Of a stretch of 64,000 nt of DNA, positions 1 through 9,858 are shown in pieces. The stretch is from the IMG/VR virus record IMGVR_UViG_2029527006_000008, positions 1 through 64,000 of that record; one strand, given 5' to 3'. A model generated the notes under the pieces. The model did not search any database, had not been told where the DNA came from, and worked only from the letters and a program-made list of their open reading frames with translations. The translations under genes and the position numbers were made by a program. Source of the DNA: an uncultured virus (IMG/VR IMGVR_UViG_2029527006_000008) (lineage: Duplodnaviria > Heunggongvirae > Uroviricota > Caudoviricetes). How positions within the stretch are numbered: position 1 is the stretch's first letter; each line of letters opens with the position of its first letter.

Positions 1-2792
1 CGCTCACCACGCAGTAACGGCTCTTCGTCGCCTGGATTTTCATACAGGTCTTCGGTGTCAGCAAAACGATCGCTGTTCAGGCTACGGATTTTGGAGTAAG
101 CGGCCATGGCTAAGCCACCTGCTCCTACCAGCGCAGCCGCTTTGGGATCATGCAGTGCGTACGCACCCAAACCACCCAACAAACCACCCAGGATCAACGG
201 CTCGTTGTTCAACAAGGTTTCTACACCTTTATTAAACAGGTTCCGTGGCGAGAAGCCCTTAATACGATCCAGAATGGTTTTCTTGCCCTGCTCTTCCTCT
301 ACCTGTTCTTTCTTGGAACGGCGAATGATCGTAGGTTGTTTCTCCAGGATCTTTTGGAACAGGTCAGTGTGGCTGGTTTGAATCCCAATCAACTTATCCA
401 GCTGGGTGTTCACCAAGCTCAGGCTTTGCGTATAGTCCGCACCCCCACCACCTTTACCCCCGCCATTCTTGATGGTTTGGTTGAGTTCAGTTAACGTGGT
501 GTTGAGATTGTTGAAATTGTTGTTAACCGTGTTCTTAACGGTTCCACCCTTCCAACTAACAGTATCACCTTGCTCGATGTCGTAGCCCTGCTCCTGCTGC
601 TCACGAAGCTTCTTGTCGAAGTTATCGTCAGTCTGCTGGAGACGGAACATCTTCCACATCTTCTCATCATCAATCTCTTCGCGTCCGTTCTTATTAATGA
701 TGATGCCAGCGTCACGTAATGCCTGATAGTGACCAGAGTTACGCAAGCGGTCGATGTTGTCGTTGGTATCGTAAATACCCCGCTTGATGTCCTGGACGTA
801 CGGCAGGGCTTTGTTAGCCAGCGCGGCACCTTTGCCCGGCATAACCGACAACAGCTTGGCGCGGTCAGCGTCATTGCCGTTCTGGAAACGGTCGATCTGT
901 TCCTGAGAAATACCAAAGTTCTCCAGCGTCATTGCACGGATCTCTTCAGCAATCTTTGGATCAACCCCTTCCTTTTCCAGGTTTAACAAATGATAAGGAG
1001 AGAAACCCATAGCAGAATCAGACTTCTTGGCTAACTGATAACCCAGCTCCTGCTTGGCTTTATCGGCCAGTACCCCTTTTTCATCCACAACGTCAGCAGC
1101 AGCTTTAGAGCTGTACACCGCACTTCCCAACACATGAGATCCATAGACCTCGCGCGTTGCCATCGCCTTGGCGCCTTTGGCAGAGATAAACTTGCCTTTG
1201 GTCCAGTCGTAGGTTTCTGGCTGCAGGTTGTTGTTACCGGTACGCATTTTCTCTAACGAGAGATGAAGACGCGAGAACCAGGCAGGAATAATTTCGGTGA
1301 TGGTACGATCCGTTTGACGGGTATACACATGCGGCTCAGCACCATCCGCATACGTACGTCCGCGCAGATCGTATTTGGTTTTGCTGGAACCATAGGTGTT
1401 GTCGAGAATAACACCTAAACCTTTATTAGCGTTCTTCTTGGCCCAGCGTTGTGTTTTCCACACAAACTCAGGAACGGGTTTCTGTCCAGGAGGCAGGGAC
1501 GCTTTGTAGTCCTGGTACGTCATGGACTCGTCGTCGTCGTCACCGAACAGGTTACCACCTTGATAGTTGGCGCTCAGGGTGTTAAACAAACCTTCCAGGT
1601 TGTTCAAACCATAAGACACCTGATGACCCAGCGTGTTCAGCTTGTCATACTTCCCACCTATCTTTTTCGAGAACTCTGGGAAAGCTTTAGCAAAACGCGC
1701 ACGCATGGCGTCGCCGGTCTTGCCTTTCAGTAAGCGAGGTAGGGCATCAATGGCACCACCACCCAGCATACTCCCCATCATCTCTACCAGATCACGTGAG
1801 CTCATCCCATCGGTCATGCCGCCAACCATGGAGAGCTGGCTCGTGAGGTTGTTTAAACCGTAGTAGCCGTTCTGACGTGCTGCCTTGCCTACACGATCAT
1901 TGATCAAACCCATGATCCCGCCAGCGCTATTACGCAGGGTATTGAACATCGACCCGCGAATACGCTTACGGACTTCATCACCCATCGACATCTTTTGGAA
2001 GTCAGACATGCGACTGGATTTGGCCACGTCTTTCACTTCAGCGATTAACCGGTGGTTAGCGGCTTCCATGAATTTGTAGAACTTGGCATTGGTGAGATGC
2101 ATACGTGCCAGAAGGTTGATTTTCATTGCGTCATTGCGCTGTTGCACTCTGAGCTGGAAATCCACCATCTGTTTTAAATAGCCATTGGTCTTGGCAACAC
2201 CAACCGCGATACCCTGCATGTTGGCATTCTGGGAAGCGCCGGTGACCACTAATGCATCAGTGATCTCTTTGCCCAGTGTGCGCAGACCAGACATGGTCAT
2301 GATGCTGCCAGCTCGCGTAGCTTCTACAACATCGTTGACGTCTTCGTCGCTCGTCCCGTCCATTGTGGGCTTGTCGTCGGAGCTTGAACCCCCACTACCA
2401 TCCCAGCTGGAAAAGTCGTATTTCGAGAACTCGTCAATTTTGTTGGAAAGCCCATTAGGGAGCTTAGACTTTATTGCCTCTTCTTTTTGACCCACGAGAT
2501 ACTGCAAGTCTCTCATTGAGTCGGCAGTCTCTCTCTTTACTTCTTCCTTGATATCAGTATACAGCCGTCGCGTGTCATTGATGAATTGGAAAGTCCCGTT
2601 AAACGACTCGGGAAGTACCATTTTAACTGTTTTCAGTTTCGCATCAGTGCTGCCAACGAGTGCATCTTTCGCCCCACCCAGAAATCCTATGGCGAACGAT
2701 TTTAACTTGGACCCTTTTTTATCAGAATCAAAGTCAGAATCGAAATTGAGATCTCCGTCAAAGGGGTCATCGAAATTGAAATTATCACTCAT
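1..2792 (-). CDS. Very large tail protein, N-terminal part (phiKZ gp181-like tape-measure/tail lysin); runs off the left edge
   Basis: Minus-strand ATG at 2792 with AAGAGG RBS; translates MSDNFNFDDPFDGDLNFDSDFDSDKKGSKLKSFAIGFLGG...; missing from the ORF track because no stop lies in the window; divergent from vRNAP beta' as in phiKZ-like phages. Confidence 0.7.
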   Translation of the reverse strand, partial: MSDNFNFDDPFDGDLNFDSDFDSDKKGSKLKSFAIGFLGGAKDALVGSTDAKLKTVKMVLPESFNGTFQFINDTRRLYTDIKEEVKRETADSMRDLQYLVGQKEEAIKSKLPNGLSNKIDEFSKYDFSSWDGSGGSSSDDKPTMDGTSDEDVNDVVEATRAGSIMTMSGLRTLGKEITDALVVTGASQNANMQGIAVGVAKTNGYLKQMVDFQLRVQQRNDAMKINLLARMHLTNAKFYKFMEAANHRLIAEVKDVAKSSRMSDFQKMSMGDEVRKRIRGSMFNTLRNSAGGIMGLINDRVGKAARQNGYYGLNNLTSQLSMVGGMTDGMSSRDLVEMMGSMLGGGAIDALPRLLKGKTGDAMRARFAKAFPEFSKKIGGKYDKLNTLGHQVSYGLNNLEGLFNTLSANYQGGNLFGDDDDESMTYQDYKASLPPGQKPVPEFVWKTQRWAKKNANKGLGVILDNTYGSSKTKYDLRGRTYADGAEPHVYTRQTDRTITEIIPAWFSRLHLSLEKMRTGNNNLQPETYDWTKGKFISAKGAKAMATREVYGSHVLGSAVYSSKAAADVVDEKGVLADKAKQELGYQLAKKSDSAMGFSPYHLLNLEKEGVDPKIAEEIRAMTLENFGISQEQIDRFQNGNDADRAKLLSVMPGKGAALANKALPYVQDIKRGIYDTNDNIDRLRNSGHYQALRDAGIIINKNGREEIDDEKMWKMFRLQQTDDNFDKKLREQQEQGYDIEQGDTVSWKGGTVKNTVNNNFNNLNTTLTELNQTIKNGGGKGGGGADYTQSLSLVNTQLDKLIGIQTSHTDLFQKILEKQPTIIRRSKKEQVEEEQGKKTILDRIKGFSPRNLFNKGVETLLNNEPLILGGLLGGLGAYALHDPKAAALVGAGGLAMAAYSKIRSLNSDRFADTEDLYENPGDEEPLLRGE

Positions 2793-2816
2793 GCTAAAAC
2801 CTCTTAGGAGTTTTTA

Positions 2817-4442
2817 ATGAAACCCACTAACGTGTCTTTATTAGACCCGAAAAGTATTATCCCTGGACTGTACGGAGAGGTATCGTCCACGGATAGCTTT
2901 GAAGGGATGACACAGAACTTAAACCCTGACGGATTGTTTTCTGTGGAAATCTTCGGTCGGGTAGGCACTGATAAGCGTGACACAACGGAAGCGTTTATCA
3001 GAACCTACTTGCCCATTTTTAACCCCACCTATTTTGACGCCCTGGTTAAACTGAAATCCCTTTATTTGGGGATCATTAAAGGGGCGACATATGCCGTATG
3101 GGACGCTAGCGAGAAAGACTTCATAAAATCCAACATCCTGGACGGTGAAACGGGTTTTGCTTTTTTCATGAAGCACTTCGGACAGCTGGATCCAAAAGAG
3201 AACTCTTCTCCACGCCGTAAACAGCGTATCACGTTAGTGAAAGAGAAGTTTGATTACGCTCTCCATACTCGCATGTTGGTTATTCCGGCTGGTTTACGTG
3301 ATGTTGAATTCACGCCATCCGGTGAATCGACCAAGGTGGTTGAGCCTGAGATCAACGAACTGTACCGCAAGCTGATGTTTAAAACGCGTGCCGTGCAGAA
3401 CATTCCTGCCGGTGATGAAGATAACCCGCTGTACGATAACGTGCGCTGGGGTATTCAGAGTGCCATCAATGCCATCGACGATTACCTGTTTGACATGCTC
3501 GACGGTAAAGGTGGTGTATTACAGAGCAAGCTGGCAACGCGTGGCGTGGTTGGGGGTGTACGAAACATCCTGACAGCTCGTAAGGTATCACGTAGCGATC
3601 TCGATGACGACGATGGTGTGAACCCTAACTCGTCGGATATTGGATTGTTCCAGGGTTTGATGAACTTCCAGTATTCCTGTATTCATGCGCTCATGAAGAA
3701 CTTTATTGAGCATGTGTTTACTTTGGGCTCCAACAACGTCAAGTTAATCGACCCCAAAACCTTGAGCTATACCTATGAAGAACTGAACCCCGCGGTGATT
3801 GATAAGTGGACCACAGTGGAAGGTTTGGTAAAGCTCTTCAATGGTTTCAAGGCGCAGAACCTCCGCTTTAAACCCATCACCATTAACCAATGTTACCTTG
3901 CGCTTGTCTATGACGATGGCAAGGACGTTATGGTGTTGTTCGATATTGAAGAACTCCCCGCTGACCGTGATCGTAAATATGTGACTCCACTAACTTATGT
4001 GGAACTCTTCTATATTTACTGTCATGACGCCATCACTAGCAACATGATGCAGCAAACACGTTACCCTATTATCGGTATTGGCTCCATCTATCCTAGCTTT
4101 GTTAACTTAAAGACGATTCAGGGCGCGAAACCGCGCAACATCATCTCGCCTTACGGGGAAGTGATTACCCGAGTTAACAACTACCCGCATAAAGCTGAAC
4201 GCACAGACTTCTTTGACTCATTGTCGGTTGACCCCACTCGTATCTCGGGATTGGATGGTGACCACGATGGTGACCAGTTAGGCTGTAACGGTTTGTGTAC
4301 GGAAGAGAGCAAGGCGGAAGTTAGGGCGTTGTTTGGTCGGCGTGATTACTACATCGACGGCAGTGGTGAGTTTCTTTATGACCCGCTTTCTGAACCGGTG
4401 GTCTTTCTGTTGAAGGCCGCGACCAGTGGATTGAAATTATGA
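2817..4442 (+). CDS. Virion RNA polymerase beta' subunit (N-terminal/catalytic part; phiKZ gp180-like)
   Basis: 541 aa; DGLFSVEIFG motif of the beta' N-terminus, RYP motif, catalytic DGDHDGD (NADFDGD variant); TAGGAG RBS. Confidence 0.9.
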   Translation: MKPTNVSLLDPKSIIPGLYGEVSSTDSFEGMTQNLNPDGLFSVEIFGRVGTDKRDTTEAFIRTYLPIFNPTYFDALVKLKSLYLGIIKGATYAVWDASEKDFIKSNILDGETGFAFFMKHFGQLDPKENSSPRRKQRITLVKEKFDYALHTRMLVIPAGLRDVEFTPSGESTKVVEPEINELYRKLMFKTRAVQNIPAGDEDNPLYDNVRWGIQSAINAIDDYLFDMLDGKGGVLQSKLATRGVVGGVRNILTARKVSRSDLDDDDGVNPNSSDIGLFQGLMNFQYSCIHALMKNFIEHVFTLGSNNVKLIDPKTLSYTYEELNPAVIDKWTTVEGLVKLFNGFKAQNLRFKPITINQCYLALVYDDGKDVMVLFDIEELPADRDRKYVTPLTYVELFYIYCHDAITSNMMQQTRYPIIGIGSIYPSFVNLKTIQGAKPRNIISPYGEVITRVNNYPHKAERTDFFDSLSVDPTRISGLDGDHDGDQLGCNGLCTEESKAEVRALFGRRDYYIDGSGEFLYDPLSEPVVFLLKAATSGLKL

Positions 4443-7400
4443 CTCAACGTCTGCACACGTACAGTGAGTTTTATCGCGCATACGTTCTGCGCAAAAAGAA
4501 TGACCTGTTATCTCCGCGCTACCATGCCGTAGGTGACATCGTTCTACCAAAAGGTTCTGTTATCCACTACATGCCTTCGCATGACCAGGATGATGGCCCG
4601 AGCTATCCAGAAGCCTTTATTAGTAATTATCCGGGCGACGTCTATATTGATTTCCGTATGGGTTTCTCTCCGGTGTTGGGCGCAGGTCATAACGTTAACT
4701 TTAGTTTGCCGCCTGCGATTAAGTTTTACCGTAACCGCTTTTATCAGTACAAGTGGGCAAAAGATTTAGGTTTTGCCTATCGTCAAGAAAAGAACCTTGT
4801 TGTTCAGAACCATGCGTTGGCGTTTCGCACGTTCCGCTATACCGCTAACCTGTTTCTGAATTTTGTTAAAGCATATAACTCGCTGAACCTGCTCGTTAAC
4901 AGTGTGAACGAAGCTGGGAAAAACTACAAACAACGTCAGCAGTTTGTGCGCTTTGACTTGCCTGTTAACATGCCGAGTTTTAAGATGTTAACAGAAGACA
5001 CGGTCCGCTACGCAAAATCATTCAAGGATGGAAAGCCGCACGTCGACAACACAGTGCTTCGTTCGACCAAAGCAGAAAACTGCTACTGGTTACTCGATTT
5101 ACTGATGTGGCTGCGTGGTGACAAGGAACACACACTGTTTGCACACCTGGATCGCGACACCCTGAACAACGTCCAATTCATGTTTTGCTCCAACAGCCGT
5201 GTGTGGATCATTAATGCAGGTCTACTGTTATCATGGTTAGAACCAATTTGGTCCAAGCCCAACAAGATCGAGAATGCGGTTAAACGTATTTATCTTGACT
5301 TGATGAACTTGGTCAATGGTTCTTCGCCTGATGCTGCCCTGGAGCAGAGCAATGAAGAACAAATCAGTGGAGAACTGGCTGAAGGAGCGGGAGCTTCTAC
5401 GAACGATAGCACTGGAAAAGATCAAGCACAATCCGGACGCGCTGGTCAAGGCAAAGCTGGCAAGGATGAGTCTGAAGAAGCTACTCCTGACCATGTTGAT
5501 CTTGTCGATCTTTTCAGGACTAATCAAAAAGATTCTGCTAAGTCATCAGGAACCAATGGAACTGCGGGAAGCCCGAATGATGCAGGCGGCGCAGTGGACT
5601 TATCGGGAGCAGCAGAAGGAGCGACTTCAGGAGATGGAGCGGAACCCGGCTTTGAAGCTGGAAGCGGAGAAGGTCAGCAAGTAGAACTCGACTGGTTAAG
5701 TCCGATTGACGATTTCTTGTTGGAGCCTGCCGTTGTCAGTGAAGCGATCAGCACGATCAAAGACGTGTTTGATTCTCCTACTGCGGGCATTAACTTAGCG
5801 CTGGAAGAGATGGCGCGTGAAGGTACACTGACGGTTCGTCAGAAAGCCTATTACGAAGAGAAAGCCAAAAGCTTCCAGAAGATCGCCATGCCAAACGGTC
5901 AGACTTTAGAAGAGTTCATCAAGATCTCTGATGAAGAACTGAAAAACATTGGCGGAGAGATCAAAGGTAACTTCCCAACGGTACGTGATAAAACCATGCT
6001 GCGTCAACGTGTGGTGGCTCTGCGTAACGACTATGCCAAGAAGTTCATGCACAAAGATATCGCCGCGGCGGTGTTGAACTTGCAGAACGCCGGCATCATC
6101 CTCAGTGACTACGCCGTTGATCAGGTAGAGGACATTGAGGGAAGTTATCAAGTCCTGCGCATGCAGCTGATGCCTGTTAAAGGTAAACCGGCTGTTCGCT
6201 CCTTCCCTATCCCCACCGTAGATGAAAACGGTGAGTTCCTGGTTGATGGAGTTAAGCAGTACTTCCAGTTCCAGCGTATCGAGAAACCGATTCGTAAGAT
6301 CAATGAAAGTCGTGTGGTACTGACCTCTTACTACGATAAGAAAGTCAACATCACGCGCAGTGAGATGGAAGCGGATAACTACGGCAGTAAACTGATTCGT
6401 CAGATTGCGCTGTTGGCCGAAGCCAAGAAACTCACCGTAAGCAACGCCAACTTGATTGATCGCAGCATCAAGTGTCCGCGTTACGTTACCATGCTTAACC
6501 GCAAATACCGTTTGATCAAAGTCAATGATGACCCGTTTGGTTTGGAGTTTAACTTCGATACCGACGCACTCATTGAGAAACACCCTGAGTGGAAATCCTT
6601 GAAAAAGGAAACCAGCTGGCCGGTGGGTGAGTATCGCGGCAAACCAATGACTATCGACAGTCACGGTGTGGTGTATTTAGACGGTACCGCTATGGGATCG
6701 TTTGAAGAACTGGTAGGCGTGGATGCAGGTAAACTGCCGATCGAACATGCGGTGATCAACGTCAACGGTTATAAGTTCCCTGCGGGTGTGGTGCTTTGCT
6801 ACTACTTCGGCATTGACAAACTGTTGAAAGTGTTGCGTCCGACTTATCGCACTATTCCGGCGGGTCAACGTTACAAGTTAGCGGGTGATGAATTCGCTTT
6901 GACCTTTAACGATGAACAGCTGATCTTTAGCAAGCGTGAAGGTCTGGCGTCACTGGTGTTTGGTGGGATGGCTAAGCTGTCGAATATGGTAAACTTCTCG
7001 CGCAGTGACCTCAACAGTCGTGGCGTGTGGGTGCCATTGATGGCGGATCCTAAAGTGCGTCCTCAGCACTTTAATGAGATGAAGAACATGTTTGACCTCT
7101 TCATCGACCCTATTACCAAAGAGCGCCTGCGCAACATGGGGTATAGCGTAAGCTTCCACTACCTGTTGATTGACGGCATTAAACTGTTGTTAAACGATTT
7201 CACCACACACGAGGTGGAACTCGAAGAACAGCTGATCGTGGGTTACGAGCGTTTTGTCAGTCACATCTACGCTGAACTGTGTAAGAGTAACCGCCAGTTC
7301 AAGAACAAGACTGAGACAGGCAACCAGACGTTTGACCTTAACCCGCAAGCGGTGATTACCAACATCATTACCGACAGCTCTGCTGCACTGGTAAAAGAGA

Positions 7401-8809
7401 TGTCACCTTTCCACGTCGCGAAGTCTCAAGAAGACATTACCTTTGGTGGTTTCAAAGGGCGTGACGAACAGACCATGTTGAAACGTACGCGTGCTCAGCT
7501 GAAGTCTTATAAAGGTGTAATCGGTGAGGCGAACAAGGATAACGGTAAAGTAGGCTTTGTGGGCTATACCGTAAGCGATCCGCGTATTGCCGACTTCCGT
7601 GGTGCTGTGGATACCAAAGAAGATTCCCGTGATAGTCAGCTGCTGTCCTCTATCGGTAACCTGAAATACGGTACATGTCTCGATGACCCGAAACGTTCAT
7701 CATTCGCCAGTATTCAGAGTAGTCATGCGATCTCTGCGCGTAACTACACCCCGAACATTGTTCGTACCGGTCAAGACAACCTCTTTGCTCACCGCTTAGG
7801 TCCAACCTTTGCCAAGGTCGCGAAGAAGGCTGGTAAGATCGTTAAGATCACACCTGAAGGCATTGCTGTGCAATATGAAGACGGCACGCTGGATAGTTGT
7901 GAACTGGGTCTGAAGCTGGGGCGTGCAGATGGTGAAGTCTACCGTCACACGTTAGTCACGGACATGAAAGAAGGGAAAACGTTTACTGAAGGTGAAGTGT
8001 TGGCGTGGGATGATGAGTGGTTTGCTAAAGACCCGTATTGTCCTGGTCAGGTATCGGTTAAAACCGGTCGCATGACACGCGCTGCCTTCATGGAAGACCA
8101 AACGGTATACGAAGACTCCATGGAGTTCTGGAGTGGCTTGGCTGAAGAGTTCGTTACTCCAGTGCCAAAAGAGTTCACCTTCTTCGTTGATGCAGGTGAG
8201 ACTATTAAGATTCGCCGCAAGGTTGGTGATAAAGTTGAGTTCGACTCGATTTTATGCGAAGTTTTGGATAGCTATGTCGACAACTTTGAAAGTGAAGACG
8301 ATGTCCTAAATGAAATTAACCGAGCGGGTATCAAGCAAATCAAATCTTCCTACGCCGGAGAAGTTATCGCAATTGAAGTTGCGTATAATGCTGTGGAAGA
8401 GGAGATGAGCGACTCTGTGAAAAAACTAGTGCGCGAGCACGACAAGAAGCGTCGGGACCTGTCTACCTTCTTAGGTAAAGGTGCCATGAACAACCGCGTA
8501 GGTACCGGTATCAACGTGAAGAAACCGAGCATTCCTTATGGACGTGTTCGCATCAGTATTTACGTTGAAGGTCTGAGTTCAGCTACTGTATCAGATAAGT
8601 TTGTCTACGGCAACCAGATGAAGGGAACCGTGGGTCATATCGTATCACGTCAGATGCATACTGAAGATGGTCGCCCTGTGCCGTTGAAGTTCAGCTTCAA
8701 GTCAATGTTTAAACGTATGGTTATCAGCTTGCGGAACAAAGCTTGCTTAACCGAGTACTCTTACGGAGTTAAAGACCAGTTCATCAACATCTATAGAGGA
8801 AATGCGTAA
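4439..8809 (+). CDS. Virion RNA polymerase beta subunit (phiKZ gp178-like)
   Basis: 1456 aa; beta-like motifs (GEFLVDGVK, YEDS, DKF..GNQMKG); ATGA overlap with the beta' gene. Confidence 0.88.
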   Translation: MTQRLHTYSEFYRAYVLRKKNDLLSPRYHAVGDIVLPKGSVIHYMPSHDQDDGPSYPEAFISNYPGDVYIDFRMGFSPVLGAGHNVNFSLPPAIKFYRNRFYQYKWAKDLGFAYRQEKNLVVQNHALAFRTFRYTANLFLNFVKAYNSLNLLVNSVNEAGKNYKQRQQFVRFDLPVNMPSFKMLTEDTVRYAKSFKDGKPHVDNTVLRSTKAENCYWLLDLLMWLRGDKEHTLFAHLDRDTLNNVQFMFCSNSRVWIINAGLLLSWLEPIWSKPNKIENAVKRIYLDLMNLVNGSSPDAALEQSNEEQISGELAEGAGASTNDSTGKDQAQSGRAGQGKAGKDESEEATPDHVDLVDLFRTNQKDSAKSSGTNGTAGSPNDAGGAVDLSGAAEGATSGDGAEPGFEAGSGEGQQVELDWLSPIDDFLLEPAVVSEAISTIKDVFDSPTAGINLALEEMAREGTLTVRQKAYYEEKAKSFQKIAMPNGQTLEEFIKISDEELKNIGGEIKGNFPTVRDKTMLRQRVVALRNDYAKKFMHKDIAAAVLNLQNAGIILSDYAVDQVEDIEGSYQVLRMQLMPVKGKPAVRSFPIPTVDENGEFLVDGVKQYFQFQRIEKPIRKINESRVVLTSYYDKKVNITRSEMEADNYGSKLIRQIALLAEAKKLTVSNANLIDRSIKCPRYVTMLNRKYRLIKVNDDPFGLEFNFDTDALIEKHPEWKSLKKETSWPVGEYRGKPMTIDSHGVVYLDGTAMGSFEELVGVDAGKLPIEHAVINVNGYKFPAGVVLCYYFGIDKLLKVLRPTYRTIPAGQRYKLAGDEFALTFNDEQLIFSKREGLASLVFGGMAKLSNMVNFSRSDLNSRGVWVPLMADPKVRPQHFNEMKNMFDLFIDPITKERLRNMGYSVSFHYLLIDGIKLLLNDFTTHEVELEEQLIVGYERFVSHIYAELCKSNRQFKNKTETGNQTFDLNPQAVITNIITDSSAALVKEMSPFHVAKSQEDITFGGFKGRDEQTMLKRTRAQLKSYKGVIGEANKDNGKVGFVGYTVSDPRIADFRGAVDTKEDSRDSQLLSSIGNLKYGTCLDDPKRSSFASIQSSHAISARNYTPNIVRTGQDNLFAHRLGPTFAKVAKKAGKIVKITPEGIAVQYEDGTLDSCELGLKLGRADGEVYRHTLVTDMKEGKTFTEGEVLAWDDEWFAKDPYCPGQVSVKTGRMTRAAFMEDQTVYEDSMEFWSGLAEEFVTPVPKEFTFFVDAGETIKIRRKVGDKVEFDSILCEVLDSYVDNFESEDDVLNEINRAGIKQIKSSYAGEVIAIEVAYNAVEEEMSDSVKKLVREHDKKRRDLSTFLGKGAMNNRVGTGINVKKPSIPYGRVRISIYVEGLSSATVSDKFVYGNQMKGTVGHIVSRQMHTEDGRPVPLKFSFKSMFKRMVISLRNKACLTEYSYGVKDQFINIYRGNA
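5352..5684 (+). CDS. Candidate overprinted small membrane protein in the +1 frame of vRNAP beta
   Basis: GGAG 7 nt upstream of the ATG; 110 aa with hydrophobic segment LLLTMLILSIFSGLI; coincides with the low-complexity insert of the host gene. Confidence 0.4.
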   Translation: MKNKSVENWLKERELLRTIALEKIKHNPDALVKAKLARMSLKKLLLTMLILSIFSGLIKKILLSHQEPMELREARMMQAAQWTYREQQKERLQEMERNPALKLEAEKVSK

Positions 8810-9679
8810 ATGATTAATTCCGGCGTCAATGCAATTAAAGACCTGCAAGTGGGACTGTCTGAGTCACGTTTGTACAATGGTCGTATTGATGGCGTCTGGG
8901 GTAAAGGCAGCACGGATGCTGTCAACTTGCTACTCGCTACCGCTGCTAAAAAGCGTAACGTTGTTGCTCCGGTGGGGGGACTTGTTCCCTCCGCTTCCCC
9001 AGAAGCGATTTTAATGGATATTCAAAAAGCCCTGACAGCCCTTGGCCTGTACACTGGTCGTGCTGACGGTTTGTATGGTGACGGCACATCGCTGGCGTTT
9101 TACACCATCAACAAAGAGTATCGTCAAGACAACAATCTGCCGGAGTGGGATATCTGCTGGAGCGCGCGCGTTTCTACGGACTTTACTCAGGCCGTAAAAG
9201 ATTGGGCTGATAAAGCCGGTCTGGGTTGGCGTGGCGCGCATTGCGCAATGGGCTGTATGGGTTTTGAATCCGCAGGCACTTTCCGTCCGGATATCCAAAA
9301 CATGGCGGGTGCTCAAGCTTACGGTTTACTGCAGTTCATGGCGCCTGCTGCTTCTGACCTCCGTACCACTGTGGATGCGCTCAAATGCATGACTCAGATG
9401 GAGCAGCTGCAATACGTGTTCAAGTATTTCGACATGCGTCAGCGCGCTTACGGCATCTTTAAACGCCTGGATGATTTCTATCTGAGCGTGTTCTATCCGA
9501 AAGCCATCGGTCATGCGCCGAATGAGATTATCTTCCAGAAAGGCACTAAAGGCTATACGCAAAACGCCGGTCTGGACATGAACCGCGATAACCTCATCAC
9601 TATCGGTGAAATCTCTGCCCGCATTTATGCCTCCTACTACGAAGGCATGCAGCTCAACAACAGGAAGATCAAACAATGA
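8810..9679 (+). CDS. Modular endolysin (peptidoglycan-binding repeats plus lytic transglycosylase-like domain)
   Basis: Two PG-binding repeats (LQ..L...LYNGRIDGVWG..S; IQKAL..LGLYTGRADGLYGDGT) and a catalytic region FES...AYGLLQFM. Confidence 0.88.
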   Translation: MINSGVNAIKDLQVGLSESRLYNGRIDGVWGKGSTDAVNLLLATAAKKRNVVAPVGGLVPSASPEAILMDIQKALTALGLYTGRADGLYGDGTSLAFYTINKEYRQDNNLPEWDICWSARVSTDFTQAVKDWADKAGLGWRGAHCAMGCMGFESAGTFRPDIQNMAGAQAYGLLQFMAPAASDLRTTVDALKCMTQMEQLQYVFKYFDMRQRAYGIFKRLDDFYLSVFYPKAIGHAPNEIIFQKGTKGYTQNAGLDMNRDNLITIGEISARIYASYYEGMQLNNRKIKQ

Positions 9680-9849
9680 GCAACCCGTCTTTTGTAAAGA
9701 ACGTTGTCGCCATCGCTATTACCACTCAACTGGTAAAGAAGGCCGTCGCCAAACTGGGCTACGAACATATCGCGCCGCTGGATCCTGCTATTCAGGATGA
9801 AAAGATCAGCAAAGCCATTAACCAGAAACTCCGTCAACTGCCGCAGTAA
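9676..9849 (+). CDS. Small putative virion protein (57 aa)
   Basis: ATGA overlap with the endolysin stop; MSNPSFVKNVVAIAITTQLVKKAVAKLGYEH...; fills the gap before the next RBS; below the ORF-track size cutoff. Confidence 0.7.
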   Translation: MSNPSFVKNVVAIAITTQLVKKAVAKLGYEHIAPLDPAIQDEKISKAINQKLRQLPQ

Positions 9850-9858
9850 GGAACTCGC

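Noticed and set aside
106..2817. Many short plus-strand ORFs in the first 2.8 kb
   Set aside because: The region is occupied by one long minus-strand gene that lacks a stop inside the window
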